Positions 42,549-61,423 of a stretch of 64,000 bases of DNA are shown one piece after another. The notes below the pieces were generated by a model. The model did no database searches, was not told the DNA's origin, and saw nothing but the letters and a program-made list of their open reading frames with translations. This DNA is from the human T2T-CHM13v2.0 reference genome, Homo sapiens, in the NCBI RefSeq assembly GCF_009914755.1, contig NC_060925.1; one strand, given 5' to 3'. Numbering within the stretch: the first letter of the stretch is position 1; every line of letters begins with the position of its first letter. Position numbers and translations under genes: made by a program.

Positions 42549-43151
42549 TACAAACTGAAGCTTTAGGTCTACTGGCTACGGGGGGTTGCGGGGAGAATGT
42601 AGTATGGAGAAGTGGAAAAAAAGATTGTCATCTGAGCGGCAATTTCCATGTTTGAAAAACGAAATATTGATTATTGCGTTGGGCCACAAGACTGGGAGAA
42701 TCAAATGAGTTAAATTATATGCTACAAAATGCTATAAAAAGTAGAATTTTAAAGAGAAATGCTTCTAGAGTTCATCTTGCTCAGCTTCCTTGTACAGGAA
42801 AGGAAAACCGAGTAAAAAGATGTTTCCCTAAAGACCACAGTAATGCTTCACAAACACAAATGATTATAATGAAATATTAAGTTGTTTCCACCCAGAAAAA
42901 CAAACAACACAAGAACCAACCCAAATGCCATGATGCTGGCACCATGTGAGCATCAAACCAAATAGTGACTTCAATGGATTGAAACACATCTACATAATTC
43001 CAAATCAAATATTCCTGATGATACTTTTAAAAACTCATTGGTCACTTTGGGAAGTTGCTTGTTACTGTGAATATTGATACATAAAGGGAAAGAATCCATC
43101 ATTTATTCTGCCTTTCCTGAACAAACTGTGTTTTACGGTAAACATATAATT

Positions 43152-43453
43152 GGCCAGGCGCAGTGACTCACGCCTGTAATCTCAACCCTTTGATAGGCCT
43201 AGGCTGGAGGATGCTTGAGCTCAGGAGTTTGAGATCAGTCTGGGCAACATGGAGAAACCCCGTCTCTACAACAAGTTTAAAAATTAGCTGAGTGTAGTGG
43301 TGTGTGCCTGTGGTCCCAGCTACTTGGGAGGCTGAGATGGAGGGATCACTTGAGCTCAGGAGGTTGAGGCTGCAGTGAGCCATGATAACACCACTACACT
43401 CCAGCCTGGGCAACAGAGTGAGACCCTGTCTCAAAAATAATAATAATAATAAT
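43152..43453 (+). mobile_element. Alu (J-like) with a (TAA)n tail
   Basis: Dimer within old L1 sequence. Confidence 0.9.
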
Positions 43454-43615
43454 AGTTGATGAAGAAAATGCATTGACAGTTGATGAAGAAGAATTCTAGC
43501 AATAATTAACAAAGGAATATCAGAAAGATCACTATTCTGCAACCTCAAAGGAAAGAATGGAGCTAGGGAATGATCCTCAAAGAATGCTAAAACTATTAGG
43601 TAAAAAGTTGATGAG

Positions 43616-44670
<1,055 letters not shown>

Positions 44671-45574
44671 TCACTGGAGAAAAATTTGATGAGAACTTTA
44701 TGATGGACAGATCAGCCTGTCAGCACTGATCCTACCGAGCCATCTTGGCATCATTAAAAAGGGCCAACCAAGATGTTACATGTCCACGACGTGACACAGG
44801 AGGAATCACACAGCCTGCCTATGAAGTAGTCTTGACAACAAGAAGACCAGATCTCATCAGGCCTCGAGATTTCACTCTTAGTTTGCAGGAAACATGGGGA
44901 AGAGAGGAATAAGTTAATTGAAACTATGAAGAAGCAATCAGTCAAATCTATGGTGTGAATATTCTATAGGACGAAACACCCAGTTTCTCCAGCAGATCAG
45001 TGGTATGAAAAAGGTAGGGGATGCTGTTATGGAATAAAAAATATTTCAAAGACATAACAACCAAACACAACGTGTGGATGGCGTCTAGATCCCGATGTCA
45101 ACAAATCATCAATACAACGACATCTCTCAGAGAATCAAGAAAGTGTGAGCATGGATGGATGTTAGACGATATTCAGGAACTGTTACTAGTATTGCTAGTG
45201 TGATAATGTCATGGGGAAAATAATGTCATAAAGGTGGGGAAGCTCCTTTTAGTCAGGAAGTATTTATGTATGAAATGACACAATGTGTTTTAAGTTAATC
45301 CAAAAGGAAGTTCATCAAAAAGGAAGAAAAAAGTGATAAAACAAGATTGGAGAAGTATCGAAGCTGGATTATGGGTACATGGGGTTAATGGTACTCTTTT
45401 CCCTACTTTTGTGTTGTATGTTTCAAAAAACTCCATTATAAACCCCAATTTTTTTCCATAGAGAAGCAATATGTTTATATTAAAAACTATAACTCTCTTC
45501 TATAAGACATTTCTAATGCAGACGTGAAGATTAATTTGATTTCTAGCTACTTCTAGCCCCCAAACTACCAGCAT

Positions 45575-46430
<856 letters not shown>

Positions 46431-47229
46431 AGGACACCCAATTTTTTTAAGTAAGTAGTCCCAAAGGAACATACACACACACACACACACCATAGGCAGA
46501 GCTAGCTATAACCAAAGTATAAGCGAATGAGGAAGCCAGGAATTCCTGAGGATAAATACCTCCATCAGTGTGGAGAGTTAACAGGTACAGGAAATAAGAA
46601 GTCAGACCTCAGGCCTTTGCAAACTGAGCTAGCAAAATCTACAATGTCCGTATTAAGCCAGGACCTTGAAAGGTGCTCTACCTCCTGAGAAAGGGAAGGC
46701 TTTAAGTGTATTTTTCTGGACTGCCAGAAAAGGGAGCGCATGGGCTCTGCAGGGGTTCTGGAGGGGAAAATTAACAATGGCCACCATAATAATGACGATT
46801 GTTAACCCTGAGGATTCGTAACCACATGGTACTAGGAATTAGTTTAACACTCCGTGCATTCAAGGGGGAAACTCCAAGCTGAAGAAGTAAATGTAAGGGA
46901 TCACAGGGTGGTAGCAGCCCTGGCATCCAAATGAAACAAACAAAAATCCTTCCTAGAGGAACGCAGCCAGAAATCAGACTCCTCAGGACTCCCGCAGATC
47001 AATTTCAATCAACACTGAGATCACATTCAAATTATCAACCCTCCAAGAAACAAGTCAGTATGAGCAAGAGTGAGCAGAAAGAACAAACAGTAGATTGAGA
47101 CACTTCCTCGCACCCCAAGGACATCAGGTGTTGGAATTCCCAGATACTGATTCTACTTTGTATTAAATAGTTTTTAAAAGAAGGATTTAAAAATGAGCAA
47201 GGAATGAGATGATCAAAAATGGCCAGGCT

Positions 47230-48281
<1,052 letters not shown>

Positions 48282-48639
48282 TAACGGCCAGGCATTTGAC
48301 CTCAGAACTTTGTGGGAACACAGGGAGAACTACTTGACCCCTGTACTTTTAGCACTTCCATTCTGGTAGGATAAACAGATCCACATAATCAAAATACATC
48401 AGGGGTAAAAACTCAAGCAGTTATAGAACAGAGAAGGAATAAGAATAAGCGCGGCGGACAAGGAGGACACAGGCTGTACCTGGAGGCGGCAGCCTCTCCA
48501 CACGCCTCACAGATTGTTGCTCTGTGTGCAGGAACAGAGCCCAAGTATTGCCTGATGTTCCAATTTCCCCAGAAAAGACATAAATCCAAATTGTAAAGTA
48601 AGTCAACGTGATTTGTACGTTAGCCACTGCAGGAGACAC

Positions 48640-49160
48640 CTGAAGCTTCTGCCACCCAATATCAATTCACCTTTCTTCTAAAATATTACGGTGTTATGTA
48701 TGATTCCCCTTTGGGGACCACCCCCTTTCCTATTCTCAGCCCAGTCTCAGTCTCTTCCTGGTTGAGTTGACTCCATCTCCAGCTGCAGGGATGGGCATGT
48801 GACTCAAGCTTGGCCAATCAGAGCACAGCAGTCCCCCGGACCACACTAATTGGCTTAGAAACGGGCCTGTGAGTCAATCAGAGAAAATGAGAAGCCATGA
48901 GGCCTTTGGGAGAATCTTAGGAAAAAATTCTCTCTCATCCCCTTGGGATTCAAAGCTGAGAAGATGTAAGGACTGGAGCTGCAGCAGTCTTTCTGGGACC
49001 ATTATACAGAGATTCTGTCTGAGGTTGGATCCACGTGGTCAAAAGTATTGCTGAGGAGCCAGAGAGAGACTGAGGTCTGATGACATCACTTGAGCCCTGC
49101 AGACTTTTCATTTACGGTAACCAGTTAATTTGCTTTCATGCTGAAGCTAGTTTGAACTGG
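48640..49160. mobile_element. LTR16-like ERVL LTR
   Basis: Contains cagctgcagggatgggcatgtgactcaagcttggccaatcagagcac. Confidence 0.55.
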
Positions 49161-49164
49161 GCTC

Positions 49165-49536
49165 TGATATGGTTTGGCTGTGTCTGCAACCAAATCTCAT
49201 CTTGAATTGTAGTTCCCATAATCCACACATGTCGTGGAAGGGACCCAGTGGGAGGTAATTGAATCATGAGGGCGGTTACCCTCGTGCTGTTCTCTTGACA
49301 GTGAGTGAGTTCTTGGAGACGTGATGGTTTTATAAGGGGCTTTCCCCTTTTGCTTGGCACTGCTCCTTGCTGCCGCCATGTTAAGAGGGACGCGTTTGCT
49401 TCCCCTTCCACCATGATCGTAAGTTTCCTGAGGCCTCCCTTGCCCTGCAGAACTGTGAGTCAATTAAACCTCTTTCCTTCATAAATTACCCAGTCTCAGG
49501 CAGCTCTTTATAGCAGCATAAGCATGGACTAATACA
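49165..49536 (+). mobile_element. THE1 MaLR solo LTR
   Basis: Runs from tgatatggtttggctgtgtc through gaactgtgagtcaattaaacctctttcc to ggactaataca, with a perfect 5-bp TSD ggctc. Confidence 0.92.
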
Positions 49537-50322
49537 GGCTCTTTATCACTCCACAGAAAGAGGCTGTATCCTCCATCAACTAGTTGAAAGTATTTTAACA
49601 CACTGTGAAAGCCAAAGAAACATGGAGGCTGACTGTGGCCTTCAGTTTGCAGTCTCAGCACCTGGCCCTGCCTCCCTCTGTCCCACGGTTGCGTAGCCTC
49701 CCTCATTCCCCATCTTCCAGCTCTTGTTCCCACTGCTCCTTCCTCCTGCAATGCCTTTCTCTTCCTTCTCTCCCTCCTGAAATCCTACCCATCCTTCAAG
49801 ACCCAGGTCAAGTGATTCCTTTTTCTCAAAGCCCTTCCTGACCCCACAAGCTCCACCCCACGTGGAAGCACGTCCCTCCCTCTCCAACCCCAGCCCCTCA
49901 GCCCCTGGTGAGCACTCGGCCCTTCTACTGAGAATCCTAGTGACCCAGGAACATTACTGTCCCCCTTGTTTCTTGACAACGATTCAAATTCAGAGCCAGA
50001 TTAGAAGGGACAATCTTTGAGACTTAAGTTTCAAAAAACAATCAGTTCTTAGGAGAGGTCAGAAAACACGGTGAAAGGTGAGGATTTGGGTAAAGTATCA
50101 GAAAGAAAAGAACAGTTGTTCTCGAGAAAAGAGAGAGTCTGTGTTGAGTGCTGTAAGGAAGGCAGAAAAACTGGACATGTTTAGACCAAATAAAATGATT
50201 CAGAGGAAACCTGAGAAGAAATGTCCAGCGTGAGGGGATTGATCAGCTCAGAAAGGAAGATCAGCAGCGAGCGATGGGGATGACCTGAAACAAAAGCAAA
50301 ATGCCTAAGATAGGAGCACTGT

Positions 50323-50726
<404 letters not shown>

Positions 50727-51280
50727 CTAGACCAACAGGGAGGCCTGCTGTTGATTGGAAGCAGCTTTCTCAAAAGGTAGGAATCATGTCGGCTTGCTGT
50801 TGATGGAAACTCAGGGCCACCAAGGCCTTCTGGAATTTGCTATTCAATAAACAGACACAAGGGAGGGCACAGGAGGCCAAGCAGTGGCTAGATGTGCCAA
50901 AAGAGCCACCATAAGTCAAAGGACAAAGTGAGCAGGGGTGTCAGCTTATAAGCCACCCCAGGCAGAGACTGTCTCTCTTCTCACTTCCTAAACCCTGCCA
51001 AGCACCACAGAGCCTTGTACACAGCCCCTGTGCCTCCTTCCCCAGGCCCAACTGTTTCTTTATAGGATAAATCAACTACCCCAGACCACGTCCAATCAAA
51101 GAGGCTCTTAACCTTTGCTGGGGAGAAGTCTGGTTAAGGCTCTGGGCCCTCTTTCCAGAAAAATACACATAGGCCCAGACACATCAAAGCTTCCTCCCAA
51201 TTTCAGTGGTTCACACCTTCCCTGAGGCCACCAGTAGGTCTTCTTGGACAATAGTCCTAAACTCCTTCATTCATTTACTT

Positions 51281-51565
51281 TAAGAGACGGGGGTCTCACT
51301 AAGTCACCCAGGCAGGAGTGCAGTGGCATGATCATAGCTCACTGCAGCCTTGAACTCCTGGGCTGATGCAATCCTCCTGCCTCAGCCTCCAGAGTAGCTG
51401 AGACTACAAGTGTGTGCCACCATATCCAGCTAACTTTTTTATTTTTTGTAAAAGCAAGGTCTGTCTATGTTGCCTATGCTGGTTCAAACTCCTGGGCTGA
51501 CATGATCCTCTCACCTCAGCCTCCCAAAGTGCTGGGATTACAGGCATGAGCTACCATGCTCAGCC
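51281..51565 (-). mobile_element. Alu (J-like)
   Basis: Antisense dimer with an approximate TSD cctaaactc..tcatt. Confidence 0.9.
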
Positions 51566-51663
51566 CCTAAACTCATTCATTTATTTAAATCCTTATTGAA
51601 TGTTGGCTGCATGTCAGGTACTGCTCTGAGCACCAGGGATGCTTGGGTGAACAAGAAAAGGAT

Positions 51664-51978
<315 letters not shown>

Positions 51979-52334
51979 TCACCACATGGAGTGTAGCTTC
52001 CAGGTTATATCCCAGCCATCCAACAATCAGAAAGTCTGGAGGTACAGCCCAGGAACAGTGATTCTGACATGGGGCCAGGTTTAGGACCTCCTGTTCCAAG
52101 GAACTCCTGGTCAAACTCCTTCTGTAAGAAGAGAGGGGAGAGTAATATTTGAAGGCATGTGCTGCGACTCAAGTATTCATGCACTGCTGGGGGGTGTAGA
52201 TTGGTACCAGCACTTTGGAAAAATGTTTGTCAGAATCTTTTAAAGCTGAACATCTGCTGAATCTGCAACTCAGCACCTCTATTCCTAGGTCTATATCTAA
52301 TAGACATGTGCACATATGCATACCAACGGACATA

Positions 52335-53554
<1,220 letters not shown>

Positions 53555-53727
53555 AATGGAATACGACAGAGCAATGAGAATGAATGAACCACAGCTACTT
53601 GAAGAGACATGCTTGACTTTGGGAGATGAAAAGACATCTCCCAAACATAACGTCAAGCAAAAGAAACCAGACAGAAGATGGAATTTGTAGGATCCCATTT
53701 ACATAAAGTTCAAAAACAAACAGAACT

Positions 53728-54042
53728 GGCCAGGCGCAGTGGCTCACGCCTATAATCCCAGCACTGTGGGAGGTGAGGCGGGTGGATCACCTGAGGTCAG
53801 GAGTTCGACTTCCGGACCAACATTGTGAAACCCCACCTATATTAAAATACAAAAATTAGCTGGGCATGGTAGCAGGTGCCTGTAATCCCAGCTACTTGGG
53901 AGGCTGAGGCAGGAGAATCACTTGAACACGGGAGGCAGAGGTTGCAGTGAGATCATATCATGGCACTCTACCCTGGGTGATAAGAGCAAAAGTCTTGTCT
54001 CAAAAAAAACAAACAACAAAAAAACAAACAAACAAAAAAAAA
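53728..54042 (+). mobile_element. Alu
   Basis: Dimer with a (CAAA)n tail. Confidence 0.93.
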
Positions 54043-54308
54043 CCCAGAACGAATCTATGACATTAGCAGTCAGGATAGGGGCTACCCCAGGGGGTGGGTC
54101 ATGACTGGAAGGGGTCACAGGGAGACTTCTAGGAGTGCTGGTGATGTTTTGCTTCTTGATCTGGATTCTGGTTAGGTGGGTGAGTACACTTAGTAAAAAT
54201 TCAAATGGTGTCTCAGCCCATTTGTAATGCTATAAAGTGCAATTATGACCTGAGACAAAATGTATATTTTCAATATGTATATTATCTTCGATAAAAAGTT
54301 TACAAAAA

Positions 54309-54608
<300 letters not shown>

Positions 54609-57178
54609 TTACAAAAAGTACAGCACTTTGTAATCTGGCAGCCAGAGTTTGAATTCCAGAACCACCATGTGCAAGATTTGTAACTGGTTAAGTTACTTGA
54701 CTTTTCTGTGCCTCAATTTCTCTTTCTGTATAATGAGTTGGGCTAAGAACTAAATAAAACTGTGCATGACATGGTGGTTGGTACCTTGTTAGCTTTAATA
54801 AATATGAGCTGAATTTGTTAACCACATTCATAAAGGTTCATTGTCACTCAAAAAAATATAGTGAAGGTTTGCCCACATGCCTGGAAGTAGAATTTATGGA
54901 GTTGTCCAGCAGGTGCCACCCCATAGAGACTGCTGGGTTCCCAAGAATCACCTCTAGTTGTGACTAGAGGAAGGAGCACATCCTATCTCTTATATCCATA
55001 TCCACATATAGAAAGGTCTCAGAGCAGCCGGCCAGATAATATGAGACTAGTCATCCAGAGATCAGGTTTGTTCTGGAGTAGGACTGAGTCTTGATGCAAA
55101 TCAAAGTTTCTCCAGAGTGTTTGTGACCTGGGTTGAGATTGGGGCTCTCTTCGCACAGCATCAGAGAAAAAGAAAACAGGCAATAATCGTAAACACTCAT
55201 AGAGCCATTCAGTTGTACCAGCCACTGATCCATTGTTTCATACGTCTTAACCCATTTAATCCTTTCAATAAAATGGACTGTTGTATACCCATTTTACAGG
55301 TGAGGGAAGTGAGGCACAAACAAAATACAACAAAAACCAGGCCCAGGACAGGTGGGGCCAGCACACTTTGCAGTTTTTGAACGGATGGTACAGACAGACC
55401 CCCCCACAGCAAAGCGCAAGGAACCAAGGGGAACTGACTTTGAAAAATGATTTGCAAGATAACTGAATGCTCCAAACCAGCATGAAAGAGTCGACATGAG
55501 ACGAAGCTCCATATTTTCTCATTTTCTGCCACGGGAAAAGGCAAGGATGGCTGCAGAAAGCCTCAGTTGCCAGTTATTCTCTCCATGGTTTGAAATTATT
55601 TTCATGAGTCTCTGTGTGTAGGTCTGTATATAAAAATCTGTACTTTCTAAGCTTATATGGTCAGGTTACTAATGGGCCGTGGAGTCTCTAGTGGGCCCTC
55701 TGCTCTCTGTCATCCGTCACCCTGCGCAACAGCTTGGCTATTTCCTGCACTCTTTACTCTCTTGTTCTTGCTCTTTCTCTGGCTCTCTTTCATGCCATAG
55801 AGGCTGAGGAAGCCTCCACACCTCTCCTGGCCGCGGCTGGGGCCTGAAGCCAGCATTCATTTCATGTTGGAATGCAAGGGCAGCAGGAGAAACATCACAC
55901 AGTTCTCTGAGGATGGAGCACAGGGTTAGGCTCTCCCCAGGCAAGAACAGCCCAGAGAAGGTGGCTGGGAAGGAATGAGATTTTACGGGGGCAGAAGTTC
56001 TGCAGGAACGAAGCCTAGTGCCCAATGTCAGCAGGTAATGTGGGTGGCAGGCCTAAGCTGCCTCCTCTGGGCTTATGCCCCCTTCACTCCCTGCCCTGGG
56101 CACTGCCTGAACCTTTGGACAGACAAGAGTGCAGGCTGCTCAGAAGTGAGAGAAAGCAGTTGTGAGTAAGTGGCATCTTGTGATTGTGACAGCTGTCACC
56201 TGTAGTTCCCCAGGGGAAATACCTTCCTTGTCACATTCATCTCGATTCAAATCCTGCCAGATTTTCTAGCTGTGTGACTTTAGGCAGATTTCTCCCTGTC
56301 TCTGAGCCTTATTTCCTACAATATGGGCTTCGTCGTCACCAAGAGTTCAATAAAAGGTTAACTGTAGGCACTGCCAAGAAGCACAAGTAATCTAGAAACA
56401 TCTATTTTTTTTTTTCAGGGACAGTATTTTTAATGCCGCATCACTGTTTAATTGCAATGTACAACTCTCTTACTCAGCCCAGGAAATTATATCATAAAAC
56501 CCTAAGTTATTGGGTATTTGATTTTCTGTTTTTGAAATGAAAATGGATGATACGGAATTGGGTTTCAAGAACTTTGCACACCCTTGAGATAACAGTGGCA
56601 TCCTGAGGGACAGAGGATCCAATTAAGATTTGGCAACTTCGGCTCCACTGATTCTGAGTGTCAGCTTTGCTCTCAGTTTAGGATTTTTTGTTTTTCATTG
56701 AGATATCAGCTAACAGCAACAGATGATCTCTCAAAGCCTGGTGAGGGGCATGGGCTGTTCCAGCTCATGGCCAGCCTGGGTTTCACTGGGGTCTGTCTGA
56801 TAGCAAGTTTGTGTCCTGGGTTCATGTTAATGACAAGAGTTTGACCAAAGACAAGCATGGAGGGGTGGTGGTAGGGATGGAGGTGGTGTTCAGGCCTGGG
56901 CAGGGGACTAGAGAAGCCGACATCCTGGGGCGAGGACAGGTCAGCCCAGCAGTCCTCAGAGGACAGGAGGCCGGGCTTCAGAAGGGTGGCAGGGGCTTCC
57001 CCCTGCATATTTATTCATTCAGACATTGTTCTAGGGACTGGTGGCACAGCAGCAAACAAAACATGAAAAAAGAAATTCCTGCTTTCATGGAGTTTAGATT
57101 CTACCAGGGGTCAGGGAGGGAGACACAATAAATAACATAAATAAATAAAGAAATAGTATGTGAGTTGATGACAAGTGA

Positions 57179-57600
57179 TGTATTAGTCCATTTGTGTTGC
57201 TATCAAGTAATACCTGAGGCTGTGTCATTTATCCAGAAAAGAGGTTTATTTGGCTCACAGTTCTGCAGGTTGTACAAGAAGCATGGTGCCAGCATCTGCC
57301 TCTGGTGAGGGTCTCAGGCTGCTTCCACTCCTGGCAGAAAGTAGCGCCTGCATGTGCAGAGATCACATGACGAGAGAGGAAGCGAGAGTGAGCGAGGGGG
57401 AGGTGCCAGGCTCTTTCTAACAATCAGCTCTTTAGGAAACTGATAGAGTGAGAACTCATGCACCCTACAGGAACAGCACCAAGCCATCCATGAGGGATTC
57501 GCCCGCATGATCCAAGCACCTCCCGCCAGGCCCCACCTCCAACACTGAGGAGCAAATTTCAACATGAGATTTGGAGGGGTCAAATATTCTAACTATAGCA
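57179..57600 (-). mobile_element. MSTB-like MaLR solo LTR
   Basis: Runs from tgtattagtccattt through gaagcatggtgccagcatctg to tttcaacatgagatttggagggg...actatagca. Confidence 0.85.
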
Positions 57601-57658
57601 AGTGGCAAAAAGAAGGGAAGAGGGATAGAGTGTTGAGGTTTTTATTTTGTTTGGATGT

Positions 57659-57738
57659 GCTTTTGTTGTTCTTATTTTTATTTGCTTTTGTTGTTCTTAT
57701 TTTTATTTGCTTTTGCTGTTCTTATTGTTTTTATTTGC
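57659..57738 (+). repeat. 25-bp T-rich minisatellite, about 3 copies
   Basis: ttttgttgttcttatttttatttgc occurs twice perfectly, plus one degenerate copy. Confidence 0.85.
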
Positions 57739-58314
57739 TCTTTTTTGTTGTTTATTAGATTTCATGGTGGTTGTTTCATTGTTTCAAAAAACCAATTTTA
57801 GAAAAGATGATATGTGAGTAAAAAGCTAAAGTAAAGAAGGCAAAGGAGACTCTTGAGGGGAAGTGCATTCCAGGCAGAGGAATGGGCAAGAGCAAAGGCT
57901 CTGAGGCAGAAACGTGTGGGAAGCTGGGCTTGACCCTCTCTGTTCCTGTGAAGCCATCACTTGGGTCCCAGCCCTTGTGGTCCCTCCTAGCATTTTACGC
58001 CTAGAATCTTTCTGGTTGTAGGAAACTGATCCAGGCAGAACCTTCCAGACTGAGGGCCTGGAAGAGATTTGTAGGGACAGGCTCCGGGAGAGGTCTCTGC
58101 AGTTCAGCTGCATAAATCAGGGTTTTGTCAAGCTTGTTGCAAATGCACATTCCTGGATTATGTCCCAGGCCTGCTAAATCAGAATCTCTGGGGTCTGTGC
58201 CCAGAAGTCCGCATTTCTAAAAGCCTCCAGGCACGTTTGAGCATCTTCACTGTATATTCCACCACAAATCGATGTCCATGATTTCTCTCTCAGATCCTCT
58301 TCCTATTGACTAGG

Positions 58315-58692
58315 TGTATTAGTCTGTTCTCACACTGCTATAAAGTAATTCCTTGAGACTGAATAATTTACAAAGAAAAGAAGTTTAATTGACTCACAGT
58401 TCTGCACTGCTAGGGAGGCCTCAGGAAACTTACAGTTATGGCGGAAGGCCAAGGGGAAGCAAGGAAGCTAGCATGTTGTAACATGGTGTAGCAGGAGAGA
58501 GAGAGAGCAAAGGGGGAAGTGCCACACTTTTAAACCATCAGATCTCATGAGAACTCACTCGCTATCATGAGAAAAGCAAGCGGGAAGTCTGCCCCCATGA
58601 TTCAATCACCTCCCACCAGGCCCCTCTTCCAACACGTGGGGAGTGCAATTCGAGATGAGATTTGGGTGGGGACACACAGCCAAACCGTATCA
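58315..58692 (-). mobile_element. MSTA-like MaLR solo LTR
   Basis: Runs from tgtattagtctgttctcacactgctataaag to gagatttgggtggggacacacagccaaaccgtatca, with a perfect TSD ctagg. Confidence 0.9.
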
Positions 58693-59579
58693 CTAGGGTA
58701 GAATGTGCCATAGTTCATCTCTCTTAGAAAAACGTTTAGAGTTTTTCTTGAGGTGTCTGGTCAGCCATTTCCTGCCAGTGAAAGGAATCACTCTCCAGGT
58801 AGAGTCAGCAGGTTGCTCTGCCCTCAAGTAGAAGTGGGAGGTGGCGGGAGATAGGATTTGCACATCTGCTCAACACACTCCATCCCGCGAGTCCTGTGCC
58901 GGCTGACAAGCGGTTTCTTAAGGACAGTAACTGTTCCAGGTGTATTCTGGGATCAGCGTGTGACACTCATAGGACTCAAAAGATGTTTGCAGAGATAGAG
59001 AAAGGGCAAAAGAATGAATAAATGTCACTCTTAACAGGGAGGAGCAGAGGCAGCAGGATTGTGAGTTTGGAAATATTTTTTCCCCAGCACATGGAAGAAA
59101 TCCTCATTCTTTCAAAATTGTTCATTCCACCCCATCCCTTTCCCAATCCCCACCCCACTCCCAGAGATCCCCTCTTCTTACTCTTTCTATTTTCTGGCCT
59201 GTAACGGAAAGGACTAGAGATTTGGGTAGGGCAGGGGGCATACTAACCTCCAAGGGTCTCATGAGTTCAGCTCCATCAATCTCCTACCTCTCCCTATCGC
59301 CCCCGACCCTCCCTCAACGCATCCAGCTTACAGTGAGGGGTAATGGAAAGGATTCTTGAATCAAATCTCCTCCCTGCTCCTTCCTCGCTGTAAAACCTTG
59401 GGCCATTTCTGTGACCTCTGAGCCTCCGCTTTCCTATCTGTGAAATGGGGCAGGCTCGTGGGGCCTGGAGCATTCAGCAGGCGGTAACCCAGTGGGCGTT
59501 CCCTGCACGGTGCCACGCCCCCTCTGCCGCGCAGGCCACGCCCTCATCTGTTAGGCTGGACCCCGCGGCGCATGGCGGC

Positions 59580-59593
59580 GTTGCCATGGCAAC
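59580..59593. promoter_or_regulatory. RFX X-box GTTGCCATGGCAAC
   Basis: Perfect consensus palindrome, extendable to the 18-bp GCGTTGCCATGGCAACGC (59578-59595), inside the CpG island. Confidence 0.85.
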
Positions 59594-59629
59594 GCGCGTA
59601 CACAGGCCGGCCGGGCGGACGGGGTGCCG

Positions 59630-59752
59630 AGTGCGGGCTGGAGACTCCGCGGGAGCGCGGCCGGGAGGCTTCGCCCCGGAGCTGGCCCGACGCCTCCCGA
59701 GCTGGCAGGGCTCTCGGCGGAGGTCGGAGCGTGGGCTTCCTCCTCCCGCCAG
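59630..59752 (+). other. FHAD1: Probable non-coding first exon (5' end approximate)
   Basis: Consensus donor CCAG|GTGAGT at 59752/59753 within the CpG island, downstream of the X-box. No ATG in the putative exon. Confidence 0.65.
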
Positions 59753-60606
59753 GTGAGTGCGGCGCGGGAAGGGGTGGCGGGCCGAGACCGGGGACCGGAA
59801 GGGGCGGCCCCGCGAGGACTAGCCCTGGCAGGAGGAGGGGTGGCTCCCCGGCCCCATCCTCCTGGATCCAGGCTCCGGTCCCCAGGAGCACCCCAGTAGC
59901 TACCCCAACACCAGCCCCTCCTTTCCAGATGCAGGCTCCACCCCGCCCGCGGAGGAAGCCCCCGGGAGCCTTAGACCCTCCTTGGCACCAGCCATGCCAC
60001 TCTGGGAAGTCCTGGGGGTTACAGCTGGGATTAGGAGGGGCATCCCTGCTGCCCCTGACTTACGAACGACACCCACCCGGCGGTCAGAGAGACTCCCCCC
60101 TTGCCTAACCTCTCCCTTCCCAAATACAACACTGAGGAATTTCTAGGGCTCCCAGGCCACTTAAGATCTGGTAACCCCTCAATAGAAATTTTGCTTCTCT
60201 ATCTCACTTGTGACCTATAAGCAGGGAGTGCAGATGCCTGAAGCTCTTTTGCTCTTTTGCATGGTCGGTGCCCTGTGTCTTAGAACTAATTTACAGAGTT
60301 TAACGCATCTAATCACTTTCTACAGTGTTTTCAGGTAGGAAAGTGACTGCACAGGGCAAGATTAAAGTGGGGAAATAGGGCCCAACCCATTCAGCTAAAG
60401 AAATAGACTTTTTTTTTTTTTTCCAGAATGTCATCTAGGATAAATACTGAAGGGGAAAATGAAAGGTAGTTACTGTCAGAGGTTCTTAGGCTACCCTGAC
60501 TTACTTTTAAGCATTGTTTTGTACTTTCATTCATTCATGATTTACTGAGCACCACTATGTGTCAGGCATGGCAGCGCTGGGCGCCAGAGGGGAGTAATGA
60601 ACAGAC

Positions 60607-61423
60607 TGTGAGGAAATGCAAAGGGTCTGAGATTTTTACACTACTTGCAAGCTAAGTTAGCCTGCCACTGCTTAATGATGCTAGCAGAAGACCAGAGACT
60701 CCAGGACCAGAGACAAAGGATGTTATTACTCACAGCACAGCAGGCACTGTGAGCTTCATGTTTGCGTTGGTTCCCCTTGCCCTGCAAGTACCCCGGGGTG
60801 ATGCAGGACAGCTCAGGTGGATGCTGTGCACACTGCGAGTCTGTTTCCCAGCTAAGGAACCCAAAGCTCAGGAAACTCCAGTCTTTTAAAAGGGGCTGCT
60901 AGCCAGTGCCCAACCTTTGCCCTGGAAGGAGATGACTTTTTTTTTTTTTTTTTAATTGAGACAGAGTCTTGCTCTGTCTCCCAAGCTAGATAGAGTGCAG
61001 TGGCACAATCTCAGCTCACTGCAACCTCTGCTGCACGGTTTCAAGTGATTCTCCTGCCTCAGACTTCCGATTAGCTGGGACTACAGGTGCATGCCACCAT
61101 GCCCGGCTAATTTTTTTGTGTTTTTAGTAGAGACAGGGTTTCGCCATATTGGCCAGGCTGGTCTCAAACTCCTGACCTCAGGTGATCCGTCCACCTGGGC
61201 CTCCCAAAGTGCTGGGATTACAGGCATGAGCCACCGTGCCCAGCCAGAGATGACATTTTTATCATAAATCTGCACTCTGCCCTGGATAGGGACACTATCC
61301 CTATCCTCTCAGGATATTTGCCCTACAGATGTCCTTGGAAGATTGTCTGGAACAAAATCTGTCAGTGTCTTTGCTCTGAAGATGGGTACAAACACAGGAA
61401 ACCCATGGAGAATTGAGTTTAAC
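60607..61423 (-). mobile_element. MER54-like ERVL LTR with an inserted antisense Alu (about 60937-61245)
   Basis: Contains gggtctgagattttta...cttgcaagctaa and ends acccatggagaattg...aaca. The Alu TSD is gagatgac(t/a)tttt. Confidence 0.6.

Larger units (their letters stand above)
59480..59960 (+). promoter_or_regulatory. FHAD1: CpG island promoter of the next gene (FHAD1 by recalled gene order)
   Basis: Very high GC and CpG density. KLF/SP boxes GCCACGCCC at 59512-59520 and 59535-59543, plus an X-box. Gene identity is not shown by any coding sequence in this window. Confidence 0.8.

Noticed and set aside
48445-48603. CpG patch followed by AAA|GTAAGT as an alternative upstream first exon
   Set aside because: A single donor-like hexamer and a few CpGs are not enough without transcript evidence.
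59445-60108. Arg/Gly/Pro-rich ORFs of 91-178 aa in the CpG island
   Set aside because: Expected from stop-codon scarcity at high GC. The ATGs at 59572 and 59586 lie in or before the X-box, probably upstream of the transcription start.
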